From: Moniliella sp. 'wahieum' | Lineage: Eukaryota | Assembly (NCBI GenBank): GCA_003971905.1 | Contig: RSEE01000062.1 | Coordinates: 62,001-126,000, forward strand | Direction: 5' to 3' | Length of the DNA: 64,000 nucleotides | Part shown: positions 50,946 to 62,489 of the stretch, in pieces | Position numbering within the stretch: the first letter of the stretch is position 1 | Layout: every line of letters starts with the position of its first letter | The notes under the pieces: model-generated | What the model was told of the DNA's origin: nothing | Seen by the model: only the letters and a program-made list of their open reading frames with translations | Databases searched by the model: none | Position numbers and translations under genes: made by a program

Positions 50946-52697
50946 ATGCGCGCCCTTTCCCCCTTTGTTCTTCTGGCGATTTGCCTGGCGGCCGAACCGG
51001 TGGTGAACGCCTTGCCCATGGCAGGCGAGTCGGGTCAATCTCCCATCAAGCGTTTGACAGTGCCGCTGTATCGTCGTGAAACCGCAAGTACGAATAAGCG
51101 CGGCTTGCAGGCATCCCACGAAGAAACGGTGGCCCGAGCCAAAGCTGAAGTTGCCCACCTGCGCGCCAAGTACTCCGTGGGTCAATCCAATGACTCGACC
51201 GTTGCCACCGCGGGTCAGGCCAGCAACAATAAGCGTCAAAAAGAGGTCTTGACGACGGTTGGGCGCGATCGCTTCTACTATGCGCCAGTTACGTTCGGCA
51301 ACCCCGGGCAGACACTGGCTGTTGTGCTCGACACGGGCAGCTCGGACGCGTGGGTGGTAAGCGACAAGTGCTGGGGTAAGTATGTGACGAAGTGCCCAAG
51401 TTCTCTTCCGACGCGTCGACGACATTTAGGATTTCCGACCAGCCGTTCACGTCGGTTTACGGCATTGGAAGGCTGAGGGCACACTGGTCTTGGACACTGT
51501 CTCGATGGGCGGCGCAACGGTTGACCGTATGTCGTTTGGCTTGGCGACCTATTTGTACGACAACCCGGTGTACGCGCCCGCAGCGGGCCTCGTCGGTATG
51601 GGTCGACAGGAACTGAGCGGAATGGGCGTCACGCCATTCTGGCAGGTACTGAGTAAGCTCCATGCCATCGATCCTGTGTTCTCGTTCCAGCTTGCGCGCA
51701 ACCCCGATCCACGCAACCTTACTGTCGAGGCCCCGGGAGGTATTTTCACTCTGGGTCAGCTAGACTCGGAGCAGTACTCGGGCGAGATCACTTGGATGGA
51801 TGTTGATCAACACTCCAAGTACTGGGCCGTGGAATTGGACGAAGTCACAACGATGGGAGACAAACGGCAATACAGCTCCAGCACGACCGTCCTTGACACA
51901 GGTATGTGTGTCTAATAAGTGCGACCATATGTGATTGAGCCTCCAGCAAACTGACGCGGTTTGCCATTGTAGGGACCACACTGATCAGCATGTCGGGTAG
52001 CATGATCAGTGATCTTTATGGTGCCATTCCTGGTTCGGGGCACTACAAGGACGACGCCTCGAGTGGTCTGTACACGTTCCCATGCGATACTGAAGTTAAG
52101 CTGTCGTTCACTTTGGCCGGGAAGGAGTACGCTGTCGATCCTGTCGACTTCAACTATGGCCCTGCGGACGACGCAGGGACCAACTGCCTCGGGGCGGCAT
52201 TCGACGTTGGCTTGACCGGCAGCGGTATGCCCACTGTAGTCATGGGCGATACTTTCCTCAAGTCGTACTTTACTGCTTTCCGGACCAACGACCAGGGCCA
52301 AGCACAAGTAGGTCTGGCCGCGCTCAAGTCGGGAACAGCGGCGCAGACGGCGCAGACGACTGTACCCATTGCGACTGCAACGGATGTGACGGCGTCGCGA
52401 CACAATTACGTCACGACGGACTACAGTCAAACCACTGAGTCAGCCGCAGGTACCGGTATCTACTGGGCCACGGACTTCTCTGCCCCCATCGCCTCAGGAA
52501 CGGGCGGTGTGGCTACAGCTACCTCGGCCCCGTTCGATCCTTCCGCCGCAGCTTCTGCTTCAGCAGCCTACGGCTCGGCCAGTGCGAGCGCGATGAGTTC
52601 AACTACGAGCGCTGGGTCGGTGACTGCCTCTGCCTACTCCCCCCCCATCGTCATTCTTCTCGCAGTGTTCGGAGGAATGGCTGCTGTCTATCTCTAA
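50946..52697 (+). CDS. Secreted pepsin-family (A1) aspartic protease, probably GPI-anchored; intron 51902..51972; frameshifts ~51390-51480
   Basis: Signal peptide MRALSPFVLLAICLAA, KR-ended propeptide, LDTGSSD, second DTGT joined across the intron, MGDTFL, and an S/A/T-rich tail with a hydrophobic C-terminus. Confidence 0.93.
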
Positions 52698-53806
52698 ATG
52701 CGTGCTGGTTGTATGTCTCTCTATTACTTGAACTATATGCTCGTTTCCATATGAAGGTCCCTTCTCTATGTAAAGCGTGCGACGCGCACAATAATTGCAT
52801 TATGATGAAGAGTTGTGGCGTTGTTTGATGTCCTAGTACTGGCGATGGCTTTGCCTCTCCCTTCGACCATGTGACCGCATTTCCATAACACAATGTAACA
52901 ACACTTCTAGGCAAAATTCACGTTTGGGTGGAAACGCGCGTCATACTGATTCTGTCCGTGGCAGCCAACTCTCCAGGCTGTGGGAATTCGAATCGACCGC
53001 CCCTGTATGGCGCCGATATGGGAATGGGATTCTTTACGGGGTATTGTCTTTACAAATCATAGGGGTGAACTCAGCACGGTCCACAGGGGATTGGGTCTGG
53101 GCCAGTTTTCTGTACGAGTAATGATATCGCAACAGTAGATGGCCACCGGGCCTATACGGTCCGGCTTGGGAGGTATACTAGGGAGATCATCTACAGTCCA
53201 CCTTTTCCCATCGTCTGTGACCCCCTTACTCTCCTGTGGCTATCGAAGCCAGCGCGACTCAAAAGGAATCGCCAGATCGCAAGTGCTATAATATCTGTTG
53301 TCCGTGGGGTTTTCAAGGACCTGTGTCGTCCCTTACTAGGCTTTATGCCTGTCATATGGTGACTTTTGATACTCTTCCCCGAGAAATGACCTGTGACTAC
53401 ATGGCCGACAAATGACCACTGGGTTTTCGGACTTATGGCGTCGACCTTGTGTTCGATCCGGCTCTGTACAACGTCCGTCTGCCAGCAAGCCCGGCGGGAA
53501 ACGCACGAAGAAAGCTTGCACAATTCCAACAGCGTTCCGAGCCGACACTCCTGTTTTAATGAATCACTCGGCCACGGAATCCAAACGCAAGTCAATTGGC
53601 CAGGCTTGTTGAAGCGTCTTGACCCTAACCCGCTCAAAAATGCTACGAACACAGACGAATAAGTTGCTTAATGCAGCATAATTTTTGGAAAGGGTGGTGG
53701 TGGAACAAGCCTGTCACTGAGCACAGAGCGCTGAGTAGAGGCTACAGAACAACGACGATCTGAGCAAAGGAGCCACTGTGCTCGACGCGGCTCACCATTC
53801 CCAACC

Positions 53807-54329
53807 TTAGTCCGAGGTGGCGCGAGTGTAGACCAATTGAGCATGGTGGTGAACCACACGCTTAATCTGGCCTTCTTGCTCGAGGTGCTTAATGGCACGA
53901 CGGGCGAGGGAGCCATTGATCTTCAACCGGTCAATCAAGGTGGACTGGGATGAACTTGAAGGTGGGCACCTCCTTGATGATCCGGTCGTACGTGGCCTTG
54001 TCAAGCACGACATTGTTCTGAGCCTTGTCCTTCACCTTGCCCTTGGACCACTTCTTTTTCTTCGCCGACTTGGTGGCCGAAGCCAGGATTGCAGACTTCT
54101 TAGGAGGCACTGCAAAAACGAGACTGGGGTCAGCTACCGTGTCGGCCCAGCGATCGTCCATCGTCGTCCCGCCACTTGGACTGGGGACAAGCGACGACCA
54201 AGGCGGCAAGGCGGCCTGGGCGTAGGGGAAAGAGGGGCACGGCGTATGCCCCGCACTGCGCTACGCGCAGAATGGGTTGTGCCTCTCGTTCATCGCCGAC
54301 ACCGCTTTGGATAAGGAGGAAAACTCACT
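53807..54329 (-). CDS. RPS25: 40S ribosomal protein S25 (eS25); intron 54328..54110 splits the ATG; one apparent frameshift ~53947
   Basis: [34 protein letters not shown]...[40 protein letters not shown]. Confidence 0.97.
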
Positions 54330-54531
54330 TGTGACCACTCCGGGAAATAGGCCTGGTGGGGAAGAAGAGCGGACTGGGCTGCCCACGACCCGGTAAGGTT
54401 TTCGCTCGGGCGGGTGGCGGGGCGGGTGAAACGTAGGGTTACAGAGGGTGACAGGCTCCATGCCAAAGCCATTGTTATTGCGCCTCTTCCGCAGCACCAT
54501 ATGCGTGCTAGGGTTATGCATGAGCAGCCGA

Positions 54532-54580
54532 TGACTAGTGACTAGTGACTAGTGACTAGTGACTAGTGACTAGTGACTAC
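54532..54580. repeat. (TGACTAG)6 + TGACTAC heptamer array upstream of RPS25; longest perfect member of the intergenic heptamer family
   Basis: Counted directly. Confidence 0.95.
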
Positions 54581-55907
54581 TGCTGCTCCTTGTTTTCCGC
54601 TGGCGCGGGTTGGTTTACCCACCAGGCTCCTGGTTCTGTGCCCCTGCTGCCACTGTTAGGATGCTCGTCCCTACAATTGTCAGGATGACTTGCATTTCTT
54701 CATTTTGGTAGGCACTCAAAGCGCATTCGCTCGGGCTGTGAGGACCAAACATCACTATACCATCACTAGATCACTACTGAATGGTGCAAGCATGCCTTCA
54801 TTTGAACGTTTTGAACACAGGTGCGGCGGACCCCCATTCATCCGCAGCCCTCCACATCGCCGGCGGCTCACAACGATAATTGTTTTGACGGCGATCGATC
54901 AATATTCAATGCGCGGTGGCGGTGGCACAACAAAAGAGCTGTGGACTCCTAGCCTATAAGTGGAGGAGTTCTCAGCTGAGATTCAGCCCTGAGGTTCAGG
55001 CCATTCAAACCTTTCAGGGGTTCAGGGTTAGGATGGTTGGGACACTGAAGGGATCCGTCATGCATCTTGGGCTTGAAAGCATCTTCCAGCCTCGAGGGAC
55101 AGGCGACATGAAACCTGAGGATCAGGAATGAAGCTTGAAGCATGGGCCCATGGTGCGCGGTGCATGAGCTATGCGAACTTAGGACAAGAGATCATGAGAA
55201 GAGTGCTAGTGCTAGTGAACGTTGAGCACGTTCAACACGTACAGGCAACACTGCAGTCTGTCACATGAAGCACCACACCTGGGGCTTTACGCGGTACGCA
55301 GTACGCTTTATGCGCGACCGCCAATATCTGTCACAAGGGGGCTGGCTTTCTGGACCGGCCAATGTGCAAGCAGAGGCAGGCCGACCGTTAAGAGTGGAGA
55401 AAGACCACATGCTAATACCATACTAGAGGGGGCAAGAGGAAAAGAAAAATGCAAAATGAGTGAGGGTGGTGACGAGGGTTAGGGGCAGGGAGGTGGACCA
55501 AGTCCAGCTAAGAAAAAACACAAATACTGGACCAGAGCCCACGGATGGCAATAACAGAGAAGGGGGACAGCCCCGTCCACTTGACCGAGGCCGAGGCGTG
55601 GAGCAAGACATTGGCCCTAGGATACCTCGCGAGTAACGGGGGCAAAGCCAGAAATGACAAACAAAAGATAGCAGTGCAGCAAGTAGCATGTGGCATCTCG
55701 TCACCAGGACGAGAGACGAGATGGGAAGGTGTGGACAGATCTGATCTGGGTGTTCGACTACCGGGAGGGAAGGGGGGCATGCGCGTCCCGGTTCAGTACG
55801 CTGCCCAGACTGGAGATGGACAGAGAGCGTTGAAGCCAGAGAGAAAGCACCATGACAAAAAAACGCCATGGATGCATAACAAGAGAACCGGGGAGGAGGG
55901 GATGCGC

Positions 55908-56626
55908 TTAGAAATCGTCGGCCGACAGAACGCGGTAACGCAGCGGCTTGAGCACGCCCACGTCGAGGTCGGCAAGCTCCCGGAAGACGCCCTTGGTCAT
56001 GTCGACACTAGACGAGAACAATGATGTGACGGTCAATATGGAGATCATCTCAAAACAGGGAAAGTAAACGTACCTGTGGCGACCGCAGCCAGCACATTGG
56101 TCAACAACCTTGGCGGCAACCATCTTGCCGTTGCTAGAGGTAAGAAGAAGCAAGTCAGTATAAAATGCACGCACAAAGTCACTTATGGTGAAGCCAAATA
56201 CGAACTAGTCTGGGGAGAGGAAAACAGGTTAGTGCAAGGTCGATGAGAGAGGCAATGAAGGAGTCAGTTGGGAGGGGTAGGACATACGAAGATGGAGCCA
56301 GCTGCCGCATGGGGGGCCGCCAGCGGGAACGGCAACAACCATGTCGTTGTCAGAGGGGGTGGGGCCGCCGCAGGCCGGGTTGTCGAGCTGCGAGCAAGAA
56401 GCACAAGTTAGCGAGCGTGAGAGACTGGGAATGGAGAGAGAGTGCGCACCTGGCCACCATAGTAGTAGGTGCCCTGGCCGCCCGAGTAGACGCGGTAGCG
56501 CTTCTCGAGCGCCGTCTCCGAGTGGCGGGCCTTGCGCTCCAGAGCGCGCGCCTCGCCCGAGTTGAGGAGGTCCGAGGCAGCAGCGAACGAGGCGGCGGCG
56601 AGAACAAGGAGGCTGGCAAACTTCAT
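55908..56626 (-). CDS. Small secreted RlpA-like double-psi beta-barrel (loosenin/expansin-like) protein, 5 exons
   Basis: Signal peptide MKFASLLVLAAASFAAA, LEKR Kex2 site, GQGTYY, ACG, MVVAV, CG, YNGK...VVDQCAGC and VDMTKGVFRELA. Introns 56449..56388, 56287..56210, 56205..56134 and 56073..56008 give an uninterrupted frame. Confidence 0.92.
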
Positions 56627-58078
56627 CGTGGCAAAGAGAATGGGTGGGAGGGGGGAGGCTCTGGCTAGCAGAGGGCGGACGAGAGAGTGTGGTGGGGAGA
56701 GGAGATGGGAGAGCAGGCTCTCTCGCTGTTTTCTGGGCAGACGAGGGTGGGGAGGGTGGGTTGGCTGGGCTGATGCGCTGATGCGCCGGTGCATGATGCA
56801 TGATGCATGATGCATGATGGCGCTGGCCCTTGGAGCTGTGTGCTGTGGTGTGCTGTGGGGTGTTGCTACTGGCGCGGTGGCTCCGCGGTGGCTCGCGGCA
56901 GAAGGGCAGTGGGGCGCAGCAAGACTCGCCACATCATGCATCAAGCTTCAAGCTGCATGCACAGCGCTCATGCTCATGCGTCACCCTAGTGGCTGGCTTT
57001 GCCCCCAGGTGTGCTGTGCTGCCTTGAAGCTTTAAGCTTCAAGAGCTTTAAGCGCTAAGCTTTAAGGTGCGTTACATTACGCGTTGCGTTTCAGTAGCTT
57101 CCCTATTCCATGTGTTAGTGGCGCCGTGCGCGGTGGACCGAACAGCACAGCACAGCGGCGCAAGCGGCGCTGCGGCACAGGGCGTTGAGGGCGTTGAGCC
57201 GGTGGGAGCGTGTGAGCATGTGAGATGTGAGAGTGCTGCAGCGCCTGTGGGGCCGCCTGGGGCACCCCTCGGCCACGGTGGCGATCGGGAGGGTTCGGCG
57301 CTTCTCCGGCCACCGGCCACCCTTGTCCTCGGCGAGTCGGCGCACCGCTCGCAAGGCACCAGGGCAGTCGGCGATGTGGATCCGGGCGGTGTCGGCCACA
57401 GGGGAAGTGTCCTCTACTTTGAACATACTCACTCACATGTGATGCGGGTGATTGCGATTGAGCACTTGCGCGCGGGAGCGCTCTCCTGCGGCCGGCGCTG
57501 GCCATGTGGCCATGTGATGCGCGTGACACGTCACACAGAAATCCCACGAGCAGCCGAGGATCGACACTATCTCATCAATCATTAATCATCGATCCATCCT
57601 CAGCGCCTCAGCGCCTCCGCCTCAGTATCAATGCTCCATTTGACCGGCTCAGCGGTGGGGGCAGGTGGAGCCTGGTGGCTAGTATCTAGTACCTAGTGGA
57701 GCCAGTGGAGCTACGAGCTCGCAACCGCTCCTTTTACATTTCAATGTTCCCTCATGCCCCCCTCGCCACTGCCAGTATTATGTTACCTCAGCACATTCGG
57801 CGCTCGGAATCGGCGTAGCGCGTAGACGGATAGCGCCGGTGCAATCATTAATCAAGTGCGGTTCAATTTCCATACTGAGCGCACGAGCCTCCGCCACACG
57901 AGTTCCAGATAGCAGAATCCAGATACCGCAAGTGATGCTCGCACAGTGATGTGATGGACCGGGAGCGCCGGCATCGCCATCCCTCCCATATTGGTTGCTA
58001 GCCCTGCAGCACACCCATCTGGCTCTCTCCCGGCCCTGCCCCCGCATCCTCTCTTAGAAACAGCACGCATGCGTCACG

Positions 58079-59530
58079 CTAGAGATCCTCCCTGCTCCCG
58101 CGGAGCACCGAGCGCACACGCTGCCACCAGCGCTGCCCCGAGCCGTCGGCCCGAGCCCCCCGAGGCTCGAGGATGTGGCGACCGGCGGGCGGGAGCGCCG
58201 TGAGGTCTGGTGCGGTCACTCGCAACCCCGTAACCAAGTACACCCGATCCTCTCCTAACAGCGCCATGCGTCCAGCTCCGGCAAATGCCATGTTAGCCGC
58301 GCCGGTGGGAACGAACATTTTGAACAGCGCCGCGCCCGATGCGCCATCGTACACTTGCACGCCGTCGGCAGTGCCGGCATACACACGTCCTTCGTCGTCC
58401 ATCTTGATGCCATCGCAGATGCCCGAGTGGGGCCAGGCGAAGACGCTGCGTGGGCCCAAGGAGTGGGTCAGGTTGCCATCGGGCAAGAGGTGGTGTGGAC
58501 GTCAAACGAGTAGATGGCTGCGTTCTGCCGTGGGTTCAGTCCAAAGCCTACGGGGGCCGTGTCGCACACCAAGGCGCGTTTGCCATCGGGGCTGACCACC
58601 ACCCCGTTGGGCACATGCACTGTATCGTCCAGCACGCGCAGCGCGCCCGTCACCGGGTCAAAGCTCCATGTCATCAGCGGCATCGAGGGCTCGGGACGAA
58701 AATGTTGCACATAGCCATACCAAGCATCGGTAAGAAGATGTGGCCCGAGATGGGATGAATCGAAGCATCGTTGGGCGAGGCAAAGGGACGTCCAAACGCA
58801 TTGTTGAGTAATACAGTGGGAGGATGGTGAGGATGATCTTTGTGTACGAGCGAGAGGGTGCCCGGGAGCGAGCCGCGTCCTTCACTAACGAGAAGCACGT
58901 GGTTTTGACCATAGGGAGTGCCGCCATTGATCATCTGGAGCGCGAGGGAATCCAGCGCAATTTGCACTACTGCCCCGTCGAACGATGCTTGCTGCCCTGC
59001 CTCGGCCTGCTGGGCCACGCGCGTCACGTTGGGCAGTTGGAACAAGGCGTTATTCTTGTCGAGCCCGTTGCGCCCAGCGGGCGCACCGGCATTGGAAGAA
59101 AACAAGAGGGTCTGGTGTAGAGGAATCAAGTAGGCAGATGAGCGTGGTAAGTTTCCCAGATCGCCAGTCTCAAGACAGCACACGTACATCCTTCTCGGGA
59201 TCGTATACGGGGCCTCGTGAGCAAATGCCCACCCGGTCGGTTCGCACACCAGCTCAATGATCTTGGTGTCGGGAGCGAGCAAGTCGGCTGCAAACGGGGC
59301 CTGGATCTGAAAGTGAGGGTGCTGCGTACTTGCCTCTTGTCCCTTTTCAGCCGAGGTAGGATGGGAAGGAACGAACGGTGGCCCCAGGGACGAGGGTCAA
59401 GGGGAAGAGGAAGCACTGCATCCTCCACATGTTCAGCGTGCACTTTCGTGGCCCAGACAATGTCCGAGGCGCGGGCAAGCACAGTGAAGAGCGTGCCGAG
59501 CGCAAGCACCAGTTGGGCGCCCTGAACCAT
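58079..59530 (-). CDS. Secreted SMP-30/gluconolactonase/LRE-family lactonase; probable intron ~59186..59119; frameshifts
   Basis: Signal-like N-terminus, FAHEAP, FSSNAG, MINGGTPY, LLNNAFGRPFASPND, PNGVVVSPDGK and GICDGIKMDDEGRVYAG. Confidence 0.9.
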
Positions 59531-60346
59531 TTTACCACCGATGAAGTGGGCGGGAACGCAAAGCCCAATGGCCGCGCCGGGAGACAGTAAGGCAGATACC
59601 GGGGCAGGGAGTGGTGCGTGCGGTAGTGAGTTGGACACGGTTACTGGTCTGGTTACCGGTTACCGGATGACTGCTGCGTACGTCATTAACGTCATTACTC
59701 ATTGCCCGTGCAAGTGTCCGTTAGTACCGGTGAAGTGCACATCAGAATGGCGTTCAAACGTTCACTTTTGCGCGATGGTAATCAGAGCCTTATACACAGT
59801 ACTGACATGTCTCAAAAACTCAGTACGAACACCCTCTCATAATTCAGTGGAGAAGAGAGCCAACTAGCTGCGAGCGTTACATCGATGTTGCTGTATGTTT
59901 GAGAGAGTAGTCAGGGCCAACTTGGCATCCAAATATGGGCAAAGTAAAGGTGATTCTTACAAGATCGATGGCAGAAAAGACAGAGTAATCAAGGAGAACA
60001 GAGTGTCTAGTCTTTATAGGAGAGTATCCTACTGTTGGTACACTAAAATTGGCCAGCGTGTGTGCAAGGTGCGTAAAAAGAGAGAAAGAGGCGGGGAAAC
60101 AAAGCCTTAGGGGTCATTGAGACGCCATCCGTATCGGAGCCAACCCAAGTGCAAGAGGAAGACAGAACGAAGGAGGGGGGGTACTAGACAAACGATGGTT
60201 ACACCTGTTGTCACAAAAAACATGACCAGCGCACCCTGTTTTCATAGGGAACGGCCAAAGATCTGTTTTCGCATCGAGCTGGATAAAGACTGTAACCGCA
60301 GATGTTTCGTCCGTCCGGAAGGCGGGGAGAGAGGATCCCCTGCGTC

Positions 60347-62096
60347 TCAGCTGGTTACGACAAAACTATTTCGAAACGCGTCAAGAGTTTGACCCCCTCC
60401 CCCGTTATCGGAACTCTTTTTAGTTAGGCAGAAGACGGGACGAGTAAGGGTGGAGGTCGTAGGGCTCTTCTTCTGCCCGGCAGAATCCCGTTCTTCCTCT
60501 TCCACCAGTTCTTCCAAAAAGATCCGAGTCGGTTGTCCACCTTCAACGTCATCCATCACGATGCCGTTCTCAATCCTTGGGCCTTGATGCGGATTGCGAG
60601 CGGTGGGAGTAAGAGCCGGAGGGGTATTAACGGGGAAATAGGTCGCTCTGCTCATCCAGTTCTTCGTCCACCAGTTGGTCCCATTCGGCTTTTCTGGATC
60701 GACCAGCGCTGGGTCAGGTTGAATCGAGGCGGAGCCATTCACTGGTGGATCATTGCTCTTTCTCGCAACTTCTTCAGTTGATGGGGTGGGGTGGAGACGG
60801 GTGCAGTTGGTCCTTTGATGGTCCCACCATCTTCTGGGGTACGGGGCTCTTGCATCGCAATTTGTCCGCTCTCTTCTTTCTCTCTTCTTCTTCTCTCCTT
60901 TCTCTCCTTTCTCTCCAGCCAACCCAACGGTATCGACCGAAGAGAGGGGGGAAGTGCCAACGGTAGACACGGGGGTGAAGAAACTTCCAATCCGACCACT
61001 CCAAATCTTGAGCGTGTCGGACGCTTGGCGCGCCGGCTGGGAAAGTGCAGTGGGGTTGGCAGGATTGGGAGATCCAACGGCAGGTGTCGAGACTGATGAG
61101 AGAGAGTTGGAATCGTGGGCCAGGGCTAACGTTGACGTGGCCGACTTTTGCCATTGGTTACGCAACATTCTCAACTCCTGTTCCTGTCTCGTGACTTCTA
61201 CAATAAAGGGAGAGAATCGCATGTCAGCTGAGGCTCAACCCTCAGGGGAAGGGCAATTAAGGGTGATGAAGTCGAACCAGGAACTCGGTGACAGCAAAGC
61301 ACGTACCTTCTTTCAAGTCCAGCAGGCGCCGTTCGCGGCCTGCAATTTCGCTCAACAGATCGTGGCTACGTGACACCAATGTTTCCCCTGCAGGGCGTCC
61401 TTGTGCGATGGGGACAGCAGGATCGAGTCCCCTGCCGTGGGGGTAGATGCTCCTTGACCCGCACCAGGCGGGATGCGACCAGAGGGCTGTCCTTCCTCCC
61501 GCCCGGAACGTTGGTAGCGCAACGAAGGAGAGCGACCGATACGGCTCGGCGTGCTAGCTACGGACGAGACAGAGGTACTGCGTGAGAGGCGCGTGGTGCT
61601 GTGCAGGTAGAAAGGGTGGTCGGATGCGGCGCTGGAGAGACCTTGTTCGGCCTGGAGGCCTTCTGTGACGAGACGGAGAGAGGGGCACGGGAAGGTGGTT
61701 GCGTATGGGAAACGTACGAAAGACTTCCCCGTCTGGCCTGGTGTGGCGCTCGGCGGCCCCTGGCCGAGCGCTGCGAGGCACTTCGACCGGGCAGGCCAGT
61801 GTCCGAGGGATGAATGGAAGCAGTAGGCAATAGGCGATGTGGTAGCTGGCCGTCGGCGGAGCTGGTCGAGTTGGGGTGGGTGAGCATATCTTGATCCGGG
61901 CTGAGGCTGGTGGAGGATGAGCTGCCCTCGGCGTCGGGCTCGGCTTCCTGGTCGCTTGGGGTGCCGGATGAGGAGGCATGTGGGGCCAGATAGGGACCGC
62001 TGTGGTCGCGAGGAGGGAGGACGAGGGCGCGGGGGGGATGGGGGGCAGTCGCTGGGCGATGTGGCCGATGCCGAGGTCAGAGCTGCCTCCTGCCAT
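60347..62096 (-). CDS. Hypothetical S/P-rich protein with a central coiled coil; probable intron ~61307..61200; ends approximate
   Basis: Chained ORFs, with a coiled-coil-like segment IAGRERRLLDLKE / VTRQEQELRMLRNQWQK flanking a GTACGT...GCTGAC...TAG intron. No family recognised. Confidence 0.55.
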
Positions 62097-62489
62097 GGCT
62101 GGCGTAGAACAGGTGCCCGTAAGCGATGGGGGGCAGGGAAACGGCAATGGTGTGCGATCGATAGCCCTGTCGGCGGTGCGTCTCTCTTCTGCCCGACGTC
62201 CCACACATGGCGCTTGGGCAAGCATGCAGCGCTGCGCTGCCCCTGCCGCACAGCGCCACTCATCGCCACCCCCCGATCGGCTGCTGCCCCACACACAGCC
62301 CCCGCGCTTTCCCTCGCCACACCCCCCCCCCACGGCGCCAGTCTCCCCCCGCGCTGCAGTCCTGGCGGTCGCTCTCTCTGGCCCCTTGCTGGCCCTCGGG
62401 CCTACTGCCCATACTGCTACACCCGAGGTGCGCCCACTCTCTCGCGACTGGGCCGTCATCATCAACGGGGAACGTCAAGAATGGTTGAT

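Noticed and set aside
256..57620. Palindrome arrays as cloning linkers or synthetic restriction-site polylinkers
   Set aside because: They are degenerate, dispersed through many spacers and blend into flanking DNA. No vector sequence is evident.
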